NCBI GenBank assembly: GCA_008632985.1
Contig: QPGO01000003.1
Span: forward strand, 620,001-684,000
DNA: 64,000 bases
Origin: Psammoneis japonica
Lineage: Eukaryota
Direction of reading: 5' to 3'
Below are positions 31,301 to 43,918 of this stretch, piece by piece. Under the pieces are notes generated by a model that searched no databases, was not told the origin of the DNA, and saw nothing but the letters and a program-made list of their open reading frames with translations. Every line of letters starts with the position of its first letter. Position 1 is the stretch's first letter. The translations under genes were made by a program, and so were the position numbers.

Positions 31301-34300
31301 AGCAGAAAGCGCTGTCGCAGCTGTCCTTGCGCACACATGGCCAGAGCAGCCTTGGCACATCCTGCTGACAAAACTGACAAAGACAGCGACTCTTGTGGTT
31401 GAGCCACTCAGCACGCAGGAGATCTGGGCACACTCCTGGGAAGTCAAACAGGAAGGAGGGCTGAGCATTGCCGCCAGTGCCAGGCACAAATGTCAGCTTG
31501 TCTTGAGAGAGATTCGAGCCCACACAGCCCCGCGTTGGGCATCTTTGCTGGCAAAATGGAAAGCATTCTTGAGCACATTCTGGCATGTGGGCAGCACTGT
31601 CACCAAGAGGGCTGCTCTGCAGAGGAAGAGGGAAACAGGCAACAACATTTTGCAAGAACTGTTTTGTGTCAATGGTCGGGTGGGATGTGGCAGCATCTGG
31701 ACTTTGATGGAGCATTTGGCGGACAAAGCTTGAGCACAGAGAGTTGTCCACCCAAGCTCCACAAGTGGCACTTTCCAAAGGTGACACCACACATGGGCCA
31801 TGTGTTCATGCATCAACATGCCTCAAGCTGCAAGTCACACAAAAAAACCACCACCAACCTTTCAGCCAACCACCATCATGGACAGAACAGGTCAAGAGGT
31901 TCAAAACAAGAGCGATTCATTGACTCTCTTCTGGTTCCATGCATTCAAGAGCTTCTTGTCCTTCTCAAATGTTTGTTGTGCATTGTTGTCTCTTTTAATT
32001 CAAGTGCAAAGAGGAGTCACTTTTCTTGTTTCCATCTCTTGAGATGTTGTTGGTTGTTGAGTGATGCAACTTTTGTTGTCACATTTTTGGAAATGTTGGC
32101 AAACCCGATCACTGCTTGATTGTCAACCCATTTGCTGTTTTAAGTCTCCATGGCATAAAATGCCATAATTCCAGAGCCCTCAATTGTTTCATCAAACGCA
32201 GTGCTTTGAAACACGTCCAACATCAACTCGACTCAGTTGAAATCCCAGTTTGTGGGCGATGAAAAATCACGAATGTCAAACAAATGGCTACTTTCGACAT
32301 CAAGATCCCCGAGTTCAATCCAAATGTGACGGTACGCCTCACAGCTTATGGCCATGACACATACAAGCATGCCTCATTGTCATCGCGTCGAGCACTCGTA
32401 TCGAAAATGCCGATAGATCAAAGTTCAGGAAAAGGATGGAATACAAATTCATTTGTGTATTCATTAGTGGCATTGGCGTAATGATATTTACGGCAGAAGC
32501 AATCTAAAATCCTTATTCATCATTGACATTTCTGTATTGCTCAGATTTTGAAATCTGACCACTACCGTTAAGCATTTAGCTGTCTTTGTATGGAAGTGGA
32601 AATGACACTTAACGATTTACACTAACCATTTAGCTTTCTTTGTGTCGAAGTGGAAATGACACTTAACGATTTACACTAACCATTTAGCTTACTTTGGCTC
32701 GAAGTCAGACAAAGAGATTGGGCTATGGGCTTGTCGTTAACCAGCCACGAGCATGAAATCTTTACCAAAATTGTTCCACACTCCCTGTTTCGCAAAGCCA
32801 AATCTTTCCATTTTTTGCATGATTTGTGCAAATTTGTGAGAATGAAATGCAGCTGGGTGTGTTCTCAAATGTGTGAAGAATGCACCCATGCAAACTGCAA
32901 GCAATGTGCTTCAAGTGTGGAGGAGGAGATGAATTCACAAAATTGCCTCTTTTTCTGTTGGTGATCATTCGCACATTCTTCATTGATGATTTTGCTGTCA
33001 AACTCACATGCAAAATTCTGCAGGCCCAATGTCACACACAGTTGGCTCCATTTTCAAACACCCAATGCCATGAACAATGTGTGCCTGTTCCACTCTTGCA
33101 AAGCATTGTTTTGAAGAGTGGGAGAGACTGACAATGCTTGTGTCTTGTGCACGTTGTGTGGCTCCAGAACAGGGTTCAAAGTCTGGAGTTGTTTTTTGTC
33201 AATGACTCAAAGCATGTGGTTTTGGTTTCATTTAGAGTCATGACTCATTCAGTTGAACAGGCCAGCAGCTGTTCCTGACTTGCATCTGTGCACATGGCTC
33301 ATTTGCAACACACCACTTTGCAATCCAACACATGATGATGGTTTTGGTGTTGCAGCTCATCGTGGGAGCATTCACTGTCTCACAGTTTGTGAAAAAAAAA
33401 ACTGAACATGTTGTGTGTTGGCTGCATCATTTGCTGATTTGCAGCATTGTAAAAAGGATGTGGGTTGGCTTCAGTCAATCCAGAGTCTTGTTGTTGAGCA
33501 AACTGCTCATCTCTTCCTCCCACATTTGGTCATTGCGAACAGCTGATGCTGGCACCTCCAAGAAGGGAACACCGCACATGCCACAGAATCTGGCAGCTCT
33601 GCAGCTCACAAAAGAGTTTGTCCATTCCTGCTCTTCTCATCTCTGGAGCCTTGCCACTCTCTGTTCTGGCCAGAGCAGAGAGAGAGAGAGAGAGGACACA
33701 TGTCATGCACAGAGTGGCTCCTGGTGCGATTGAATGTGCAGCTTGCATTTTGTGTTTGAAAGCTGCTGCCACTGCTCCACTCCTTGCACTGGTGACTCCA
33801 CAGACAGTGGGAGTGTGGAGAGAGAGGCTGTGGGGGGCACAACAATGCCAGAGCTCAGTGGCTGAGAGAGAGCTGCACCACAGACGCACAACAATTGCCG
33901 ACAATTGATGATTCGCTCGGTTCGAAATCGGGTGCTGAGCTTGTTGCGGACAACTGACAATGCATGTCAGACACTGGTGTTAAGAGGCAGACTCTAGCTG
34001 CTGAATTGAAAAAATTTTGACATTGAAAAATTTGCGACAGATTCCGAATCCCTGCACAATCGCCGGACGGTGAGTCGCAACACCGCGGCACACGACCTTG
34101 TCACACTCTCCATCCAAGGTCATCTTTGTGGCATGGGCAACATCCTCTGGTGCAATTTAAGGTGCAGGCATTCTTTTTAGTTTGGTCAAGAAAAGACATG
34201 ATGCACAAGAAATGACAAGAAATCATTGTTTTCAAAGGAAGTTGCCTTCTCGTGATGGCAGCACATGCCGGCCTCAGCAAAAATGACCTTTTTGGATGAT

Positions 34301-34758
34301 TGCGCTGCCTTTCCTCATAAACAAAATGTCACGCAGCTCTTTACAATGACAATTGTCTGATTGGCATGTTGTTTCATGTCACTCACAGACCTGCAGTTTT
34401 TGAAACAGTGGCATTTGCTCATTTGAAGCGAAAAATGAAGTGCTCAGAGACCTCGCACGTGCTTTCATCGTGAAAAAATTCGAGCTATTTGTCTTTATAA
34501 ATTAATTTACGACTCGCGAATTTGCGTCTGTTATCAGAGGTCGGAGGTTACGAGAGATATTACGTAGAAATATACTACCTACTCATTACGTAGATTTCTA
34601 CGTAATATAAAATTATCCTCATGTATGAAAGCCTCTATACATAGTACACGTACACCCCACCTTCGAACCTCACTCATTCACTCATTGCTGCAAGCTGGCT
34701 GTTTCTTTTCGGGAATTAGGGTAGACTATTACATGTGTGCATTTTATGAAGACTTATC

Positions 34759-35616
34759 ATGAAGTGTCGAGACAGAGCAACTACAGGTCTTTTCGTTGTG
34801 TTGTTCGCCTTGGCGTTCGGTGCGTTTGGGTTTACAACAACAAAGCATTCTCCAGGTCGTCCATCATTGAAATCGAGAAAAGGCCAACAAAAAAGTACCA
34901 TTTATTCTTCTCAAGATCCAGACAACGGTGAATCGTCGCAGTATAGCGAACAGGATGCTCTTTTTGTTGCAGACGAGACAACAAATAAAGAACCAAGCCT
35001 ATTGTTCAAGGATGAAACGACAGAAAGAGACGATTCTGTATTTTTGCAACAAGCCGTCTCGATAGATTCCAATCCAGAAATTCAAGCTCAGCAGGGTCGC
35101 AACATCAAAGTGGCTATAGCATCAGTCCTTCTTGCCATTTTGAGTTATGCGTGGCAATATACGCATCCGGTATCCGCCATTTCACTCTTGTCCGAAATGC
35201 AAGCGAAATCAACTCCACTCGTTGAAATTGGCCGCAACGGAAAGCCCTCCGTGGTTGATTTCTGGGCACCGTGGTGTGAAAATTGCAAATTAGCCGCGCC
35301 GACGCTGAGTCAAATTGAAAAAGAATACAAGGACAAGGTGAATTTCTGCATGGTCAATGGCGATTTGGGATCCTCGTGGGGTCTGATTGAACGGTTTGGC
35401 GTGGATGCAATACCTCATTTGGCTCTTGTAAGTGCAGACGGAAGCGTCGAAACAGCATTGATTGGGCCAATTCCAAAGTCCGTGTTAAAGGCAGATCTCA
35501 ACGTGTTGATCGAGAATAGCAAAGAGAGTAGTCAAGATGAGCAACAACCTCTCCCATATGTTATGCTGGATGTGTTTGCGCAACATCCTGAAGACCGAAA
35601 GGTGCGATTCGACTAA
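34759..35616 (+). CDS. HCF164/TxlA-like membrane-anchored plastid thioredoxin
   Basis: Signal peptide ending AFG-F followed by a transit-like region, one TM segment, and the thioredoxin motif VVDFWAPWCENC with cis-Pro in DAIPH. Confidence 0.8.
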   Translation: MKCRDRATTGLFVVLFALAFGAFGFTTTKHSPGRPSLKSRKGQQKSTIYSSQDPDNGESSQYSEQDALFVADETTNKEPSLLFKDETTERDDSVFLQQAVSIDSNPEIQAQQGRNIKVAIASVLLAILSYAWQYTHPVSAISLLSEMQAKSTPLVEIGRNGKPSVVDFWAPWCENCKLAAPTLSQIEKEYKDKVNFCMVNGDLGSSWGLIERFGVDAIPHLALVSADGSVETALIGPIPKSVLKADLNVLIENSKESSQDEQQPLPYVMLDVFAQHPEDRKVRFD

Positions 35617-35733
35617 TTCATAATGTTTTGAGTAGCTAAAAGTATTGATACGACAGTACAGGACTCTTCTACCTGTTACAACTGACTTTACCAACTTTGA
35701 AGCATCCTAGAGGCATCCCCCAACCCCAGCGTT

Positions 35734-36472
35734 CTAGCGCTTGGCCTTTTTCTTCTTCTTTACACAGGAATCGACATAGTCGACAAGTTCGCTAAAGAGC
35801 GGGTTCTGAATGGCATCAATATTGACCTCCATTTCATCCTCACTAGAGTTCTTGGTAAGCGCCGAAGGGCATTTGAGATCCAACTCCACCAAGACCTTGC
35901 CCAGCTCTTCCTTTGAAATCTTGTGCAGTGACTTGGCAAAGGCACGACGCTCCTCGGCAGAAACCACGGTAGCAGAGCCCTGCGTCGACGGACCGCCCGA
36001 CGTCAATCTCAAATCTTTCAATACCTTGGCATACTTTTCTTCCCAGCGCTTGCTCAGAGATTGAGCCAGTACATAAAATTCGGATCCGTCCGCATTGTAC
36101 GTCATGCAGTTTTTCCATACCAATCGCACATCGTTGGCTGCGTCTTCCAAACTCGTGTACTTTTTACTGCTAATGTTCTTCTTGACCAGACCCAAATCCA
36201 TGGGATTCTTGATAATGACGGGATAGTCACTCAATCCCATTTCCTTCCAAGGGACCGCATTACGAAAGGGCTCTGTAGTACAGTAGTATTGTTGGGTATT
36301 CACGTGAAAGAGCGCGGATAAATCAAGTAGTGTCAGAGCATTGTCGAAAAAGATGCATACATTATTTTCAGACAGTTACAGCATAATACAAATGAGTACC
36401 TGCATCAGGTCTTGCAGCAAACTGTGTTACTGCTTTGGACATTGCCGTCCATTGCTCCGGTGTAGCCTCCAT
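35734..36472 (-). CDS. Bromodomain plus ET (NET) domain protein, GTE/BET-like; exons 36472-36400 and 36272-35734
   Basis: The GT..AG intron at 36399-36273 joins ...RPDA to EPFRNAV. Bromodomain motifs DYPVIIKNPMDL and VWKNCMTYN; ET motifs EERRAFAKSL and EMEVNID. Confidence 0.9.
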
Positions 36473-38533
36473 GGTCGACTGCTGAAGTCTTGTCGCTAAA
36501 GTAGCTACTGTCAAAAACTCCAAGACTGCGGTGTTGCGTGCTAGTAACGCGAGCGTAGACGTCTCGTATGATTCTACGTGAAATCAAATGTTTTATATCT
36601 TTTCGTTCATGAATACGATCATCCACATCCGTTGCTGCTCTTCACTCCAGCTGACAAACTTGTCGCGCACTGCCTGATGGATGGTGTTGACAATGGTGCT
36701 TGCAAATGCTGCAAGTGATCCACCCACCACAAGAGGTTTTGTTGTGAGACAAGAACAGGATGCACAGTGAAAGACCAACAAGGTGAAAGCACAAAACCAA
36801 CCTCTTTGATTTGGGGTGACCCAAGTGTGATTCATTGCACCCTGGCAACACTTGCGGATTTTTGCCAAATTTTCAATGTTGCCATTTTGCTCCCATGTTG
36901 TCTCTGTGTGTTTTCTGCATGCACAATTGTTTGTGTCAACTCAGCCAGGGGATCCCTTTTGCTGCAACATGCACCTGACAACTGCACTGCTTCTTTGTGA
37001 ACGTTGGGTGAGGCAGCAAAGCCGCTTCGAACAACACAATGTGTGCACCGGTGCATGCAAGTGTTCTTGTTGAGCTGCAATGCCTTGCAAGGAATGGATT
37101 GAAGGCCCTGAGGAACTGGTCAAGCTTGCATGTGCAGTCAACCTGAATCCTGTCCTTGATGAGAAGAAAAGGGAAGACCAGCAATTGTTGAGAAAGTTGT
37201 GAAAGATGTGGTGGGAAGGTCAAAAGCAGCATGGAAGCAATTGACAGCAACTGGATTGAAGCTTTGTGCAAAAAACCATTTGCCTGCAAGACAAATTGAG
37301 CAGGCACCACTCCTTTCATGCCAGCCATGCACAAACAGAGCTGCTCAAACAGACACACTCTGCGGCCAGGCATCATTCGCTTGGCCACCCCCCAAGGTGC
37401 AGCATCCGCAGCAACTGCTCTTGCACTTGAGCCACAGAGAGTTGGGTCTTTTAGCCATTTCCAAATGATTGCCAGACACGCTGCAAAATCCAGAGTGAGT
37501 GGGCTGCATTCTTGTCCAGCACCTGATGAAGCCCTTGACAACAGTTTTGCCACACCCAACAAGATGAGAAGGTGTGTGCTGTGCAACATTGAGAAAAACA
37601 GTGTTGACATGCCAGCTGCACCCCACCCATTGCACCAGAATGCAACATCAGTGCTGCTGGTGTCAACACAGCCAAGAAAATGATCAACCTTGTCTCTGTG
37701 GCAGACATTTGGAAATTCTTTGGCTGTTTTGCTTTTGTCTGCTGCTTGGGGGTGCAGAAACATTTTGCAATGCCAGCAGCATCATGGCGGGGCAGCTCAA
37801 AATTTTGTGAACAAGCTGACAGCTTGGGGTCACAGGGCTCAGGCAGATGTGGAAGAGGTGGAGTGCACAAAAGAGCAAAATTGTCAAGATCAGCTGGAGC
37901 AAAGTCAAGGCAGAGCCAACCTGCGCTTCCTTGAGATTCACCACTGGCAGATGTTCCATCCTTTTATTTTCCAAAGCTTGGATTTTTTGGCGAGCTTTTC
38001 CTTCTCTCTCAAGCTTCAGTTTTGCAGTCTCAGCTGCCTTGTCATCCAAGGCTGTGCTGTCAGGGGTGCCATCATCCTTGGCAGCAGCTTTGCTTCCCAT
38101 CTTGGGTGCTGAAGTGAAGACCATTGTGTGCAAACAAGCCTGCCCCCAGTGGCACTTGCAGCTGCACATGCAGCATTGCAAGGCATTTTGCTCACCCAGA
38201 AGCTCCTCTTTCAGCTGAGCAATCATCCTGCACAAAGTTGACACTTTGAAGTTGGGTGCAAAGATGCAGCCCAACTGACCATCCTTGACAGGCTGAATCA
38301 GCGACTCACGCAAGGCACAATTGTCAGAGCAAATGATGCCACAGTTGGGGCCAGGGTTGTGGGACATGGAGAGCTCATCTGCCAAACACAGAGCAATGGC
38401 AGCAGCCAACAAAGCAACAGCAGCATGTGAGAGCATGTGGTGCACTGCAATGATCAACTGCCAGCGCACTCATTCTGAGCACAGTGCCTTGGCAACATTC
38501 ACTTTTGAGCAAAAGCAAAAAATGTTCTTCATG

Positions 38534-38980
38534 TGCAGCATGCATGCAGACAAAAGGTTGTTTTTGTCACGCCCTTTGTGACATTTAAAGGCTGCAACAC
38601 GTCGCCGTGACACATTGGCTCTCATTGGCAGCTGTGTGTTGCACTCCTCCCCATGTGTCACGCGTCCATGCGGCTCTTTACTGACGTGTGCTGACACTGC
38701 ACGGTTTTGGCGGAACAGTGTGGGCACGTGCGAAGGAACGTGCAGAACTGCACAGAGTTTTGCGCGTTCGACAGTGATCAACGTTGCTGCAAACAACTCC
38801 CACTCAGGGTTTCGAACCCCTGGCCTCCTGCCTGATGGTTACGATGAACCACTCCGCTGTGAATTCACAACGCAGCATGCATGCAGACAAAAGGTTGTTT
38901 TTGTCACGCCCTTTGTGACATTCAAAGGCTGCAACACGTCGCCGTGATGCGTTGACTCTCATTGGCAGCTGTGTGTTGCA
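38534..38980 (-). mobile_element. TRIM (miniature non-autonomous LTR element): 110-bp LTRs at 38534-38643 and 38871-38980, 4-bp TSD CATG
   Basis: Direct repeats with 6 mismatches and TG...CA ends on one copy. The PPT catggggaggag on the minus strand abuts the 3' LTR. CATG flanks at 38530-38533 and 38981-38984. Confidence 0.85.
38795..38866 (-). ncRNA. tRNA-like (Pol III A/B box) cassette inside the TRIM
   Basis: Minus strand reads cagcggagtgg (A box, TAGC>CAGC) and ggttcgaaacc (B box) at tRNA spacing. The cloverleaf is imperfect. Confidence 0.55.
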
Positions 38981-40566
38981 CATGAACTGGGGATGTTGGC
39001 AAAGTGGTTGAAAGGGTTGGCTTGTGATCATGCCAAGTGTGCCAACAAATGTGCAACCCTTGAATCTCTGCTCACACAAGTGGAAGAATCGCTGCATCAC
39101 ATGCAATGATCAAGAGCTGCACAAGACATGTGGTGCCATGAAAAAGTTTTGCAAGAAGAGGCTCATGCACATGACCAGAACATGGCAAAAGGCAAGTGAC
39201 CTGCTGGCATGAATGCTGCAACACTTGTCTCTGGGCACAAGTTTGCTCATTTGCTGTGCGTTGGAAAACAAACATTTGAGCAACAAGCTGCTGCATTGCA
39301 GTGCCTGTTTAACCTTGCCATGTGTGCAGACAATCTTTTGGAATTTTGGTGCAGCTTGCAGCTTGCAGCTTGCATTTTGCATCTTGTCAGATCATTGCCA
39401 TGCCAACAGCTGGCTTGCACCATGAGCCAGCAAGACAAGCATTGCCAGCACATGCAATGTGATCATCCCAAAGGAGATTTTCAACCAAGCTCATTTGAGC
39501 AACAAGAGCTGAGTGCTGCTGAAGCTGGCATGATTGAAAAATGGTGCAGCAACAGAAAAACAAAAATGCTGTTTCCACCACACCCAGAGTGAACAGATGT
39601 CATCTTTGCCTGCTGATCTGAGCAAATGCATCAGCTCTCATCTCATGAGGAAGAGGGCAGCAGAACACAAGATGACAGTGACAACAACTGAAGGCTGATG
39701 AGAACAATTGCAAAAGAACCCAGAGTGACAGACCTGAACAATAAAAGTGCTCTTGCTTGCAAACAAACAAGAAATGAGCTGCATTGTTTGGAAGCAGCGA
39801 ATGGACAAGCAATCTTTTTTTGACAAATTTTTCTTCTTGCTCCACTTGCACAGTTCTGTGTGACCCATGCTGCTGAAAGCAGGGATGATCGTGCCATCAA
39901 ACAACCATTTGCACTCCTCAAGCCCACTCACCCAACCCATCATCTTGACCCCACCATCATCTTCACCATCACATGTTGTGCTGGGAGGACAGTGCCTGGA
40001 TTGCTCCATTCCCTGCAAGGGAAGACTTTCTTGCCAAGTGCCAGGAGAAGTGAGTGGTGACAGAGCTCGTGAGACTTGGACAGGGAAACCAAAGTGTGCG
40101 TTTCAAATCATGACCTGCGTTGGGACAATGACTGCACTGCTCCAAGGCAGCATTCAAGTGATCAAACTCATCGACGTGCTGCTGCCACTCTGCCCTGCTG
40201 GCAATGGCTCTAGAGAGAGGATGCACTGTGTTGAGGTCAATTGGATCAAGGCAACGCTTGCCTTGCCACATTTCTTTTCTGGTGGTTGGCCTGTGAGCAT
40301 TCATTGCTCTCCAGAGGGTGCTCCATCCAAAGCAAACAGAGGAGTTGAGAATGCGTCTCGGCTGCAGCAGAGGAGGTTTTACAGTGGCACGCCCTGATGT
40401 CAGCTTTCAAGAAGGAAAATCGAGAAGCCATCCGAACGTCATGCGGACAACAATGTTTGGTTTTTGACATTCTTTCGAAACAAAAACATGCAATGGAACT
40501 GTTGCCAGCAGGACAGTGTCAATCACTTGATCATCAATCGTTCAAAATGAACACAAAAAATGAGAG

Positions 40567-41266
40567 CTACACTGCGCCCAGTTTGTTCACTTTTTCCATC
40601 ATCTCGGCTGCCGCTTTGGGTGCGGACTGTGCAAAAATGTCGGGAGCCGCAGACGATCCGCAAACCTCTTGATTGATGGAATCGGCACCATGAATGCTGG
40701 ATGTGGAAGGAGCCGCCCCAACAATGGGCATGTCGGAAAAGCAACAACAAAGCAACGACGACAGCCCCTTGTCACCAATGGAACCACCGACCGAACCGGC
40801 CTGCAGACCACCACACTTGCCGATGGAAAATCCCGCATCCATGCCAACCTGCATTTTTCTAGTGCCTTCTGTCATTTGCAAGAGCGCTGCTTCATTCAAG
40901 GCAATGACAACCTGCTTGTGCTTGCATCCAATCACACCAATCTGAAAGGACGTCATTTCGCAAAACATGGGAGCAGACCAAGAGCCGTCCTCTTGATTTT
41001 GCTTGACAATGACGCCTCTGCCGCCTGCGAGAGAAACAGATCAAAGATGTGATGACAGTGCGTTTTAAACAATCAGCAAGAGTCTCCCACATTGCTGTGC
41101 AATTGCGTTCAAAACAAAACACACTGCACTCACCACTCCCAGTGAGAACAAGGCCAATGTCTGTCACAGCAATGAGGGCAACTCCAGCGCACTTTTGAAA
41201 CACGGACGGGTCAATCTTGTCACACCGATCCACCGCACTGATGGCATTCTCAATGTGCGACTCCAT
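40567..41266 (-). pseudogene. SYLF/Ysc84 (DUF500) domain gene, exons 41266-41134 and 41024-40567; frame intact but TpA-stripped
   Basis: The spliced product reads IDPSVFQKCAGVALI...LTGSGGRGVIVKQ..DGSWSAP...INQEVCG. Intron GTGAGT..GCAG at 41133-41025. No Tyr in about 196 aa. Confidence 0.65.
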
Positions 41267-43918
41267 CGTTGCTTGTTGTTGTCATTGTTGTCATCGTGGG
41301 CTGGATTTTTGCTCGCGTGTGAAGCACATTGTTGTTGCTTTTATTTTGAATTTTGTGTCGCAAAATGTTCCCGGAAATTTCGAAACGCGTGAAGAATCGG
41401 ACGGATTCGACAGACAGGCAGACAGACACTTTGTCTGCATCTGTCTAATCTTCTTGCTGGACGACGCAACATGTCCCAAATCAAATCTGATTTTCAATTT
41501 GGGCAGATCACTGGTGTGCCGCAAAAGCACCATCGTTCTTGTTGGCTTGTTTTCATGCTTGCACGCTGCTTGACTGCGATGACAAGAGCATTTTTGCCTT
41601 CACAATGAGTGCTGCTGCTGCTGCTTTTGCAAAGAAAAGAGAGCCCTGTTGCAGAGACAAATTGTGAGTGCTTCTTCTTCTTCTTCTTCTTCCAATTGGT
41701 GTTGCACACTCCACTCATGCATTCTTGTGTTCTGTCAGAGTTGCAAACTTGACACTTGCCATGGCCGCTGCAGCTGTCTTGCCAAGAAAGGAAATTCACA
41801 CAGTGGCTCTGACAGCTGCAGAGCCGCTTGTTCTTCAAAGGTTGCAGCAGCTTGGTGTCACCATGATGACAGTCATGGGGAAAATTGAGTGCACATGACA
41901 AGGGAAAGGTCATCAACAATGTGCAAGCTGTTGCTCAATGTGGCGCACAGACCAAAATCTTTGTCCCTGCAAAGTTCTTTCAAAAGGATTTCTTCTTGAC
42001 AAATTTGCAAAGGGGCTGCAGAACAAACACACACAGGTGTCCATGATGTCATGCAAATGTTTGCAGGCTGCCTCTTGACATTGGTGTTTCTAAATAAAAA
42101 CACATGAAGTTGGGCAAGATTTCAGCAACCAGCCAAAAACAATCAGGAGTTGGCAGATGAGATGGGCTTGCAGTGCGGCATGCACAAAATTCTTGACTGC
42201 AGCAAAGGAAGCCTGAGCCCAGCAAAGAAAGATGCTTGTGAGTGCTTTCTCAGGAGCAATGGCCAAACATGCATCCTGTTGAGATGCCAATCTCAAGGAA
42301 CCAGCTGCAAAGCCATTGCCACCAAAGTCCATTCTCAGAAATGAGCCTCAAGAGATGCCTTTCCTTTTCATCTAACTTGGCAACAACAACAGTGCCTGGA
42401 TGCCACATGCATCCACATTTGTTTGAGACGCTGTTGTGGTGCTGAAATTGAGTCAGGAATGGACACCTGAGGTGTTGGACAGAATGACTGATGGCAGGTG
42501 TAACAATGCTCTAGAAAATGTGGGTCATGAGGCACTCAGCAATGATGCTGACCCCACAAACCATGGGGGTGATTGTTGAACAGAGAAGGTCTTTTTGTGT
42601 GCAGCATTTCACCACTCTCAGTGCAAATGCTTGTTTGAGCACTGCATTGCTCACATGTTTTTCTGTTCACAAGTGTGTGCTCAATTGTTTTCTTTCATGA
42701 GCACTGTTTTTGCATGTGTTTTTGGTGGACCTCAAGAATTGCACATTTGACACAAAAGTCCACATTCAACAAGCCCATCTGCAGTGCATTTTTCCTGTGG
42801 CTGAAATGTTGTCAGGCACACAAGCCAGCCACAACAAGAATGGTGCTTCATGTTGCACCAGCAACAAAGCCCTCTTGTGATCAAATCAGTTGCTGCAATT
42901 GTGCCAATGTTTTTCTTGTTGCCACAAGGTGACAAAAATTGTTGAGCCATCATGGGCACTTGACATTTCATGGTGCACGTGGGATGAAAAAACAATGCAC
43001 AACTCTCGTCCCCCACTCTCACCCTTTCCAGCTCTGACAAAGATCAAGATTTGGTGCCCAGAAGGGCAGCTAAAAAGCCCACGCATGTGTTTGTTGCATT
43101 CTGAGTGGCTCAATGCTGTCGCATCCGTTGCTCTTTGACACAGCTGACACTTGGCATGCCACATGATGGGCCTCTCTGCAAGTCCACGTTGTGCAATTCT
43201 AAAACACACGCGTGGCACCTGGCATCACGTCCAGCACGTGCTGAATGTGTTTTGGGCCCATTTTTCATTGGCTCGACTTGACAACAGAGCCATGTGGTCT
43301 GATCCCACCATGGCATCCCTGATGTGCAGCTTGCAAATGTTGGACAAGTGATGAACAAACTTCTCCTGACTCTTTTGATGGAAACCTTTCTACCACCCAT
43401 GGTGCCCACCTGTTGTTTGGCACAGTGCAGCATGCCTCGCTGCTGGACAACACGGCGAGACCGTGCATGAGCCTCTTGTGCGTGGCAACGCAGCATTGTC
43501 AACACGTGCCTGGGAAGCACGACCACAGGAGGGCGTGGCTCCAGGTCTCAGGCAATTCCAGAAGGATGCTAAGAGAGCATCCGTGTGAAGCACACTGGCC
43601 CGTCGTCTGGCCCACGATGGTGGCGTGATTCCACACGATGACATCACTCGTGCATGGCACGTGATGGCTTGATTCGCACGATCCACAATGCGAACGCACG
43701 ATCAATTTGGTGCGATCCAAATGCGAACGAACAGGGATTTGGCAAGATCCCCCATTTGCACGATCCCATTTTCTCTGCTCTAAACTAGCTCACAATTTTC
43801 ACAACGACAAAGTCGCAACACATCTTCTTTTTCAGCGCCTGGCACATGCACAGGGCACAGCAATGTTGCTCCCGCATGTTGTGCGAGGCAACAAAATCTG
43901 CAGAAACGAAACTACGAA

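Noticed and set aside
43426..43857. ADAR- or APOBEC-type editing of the retroelement RNA or cDNA
   Set aside because: Changes fall on both strands about equally (10 CA, 8 TG) and extend over flanking non-retroelement DNA and an intron-containing gene.
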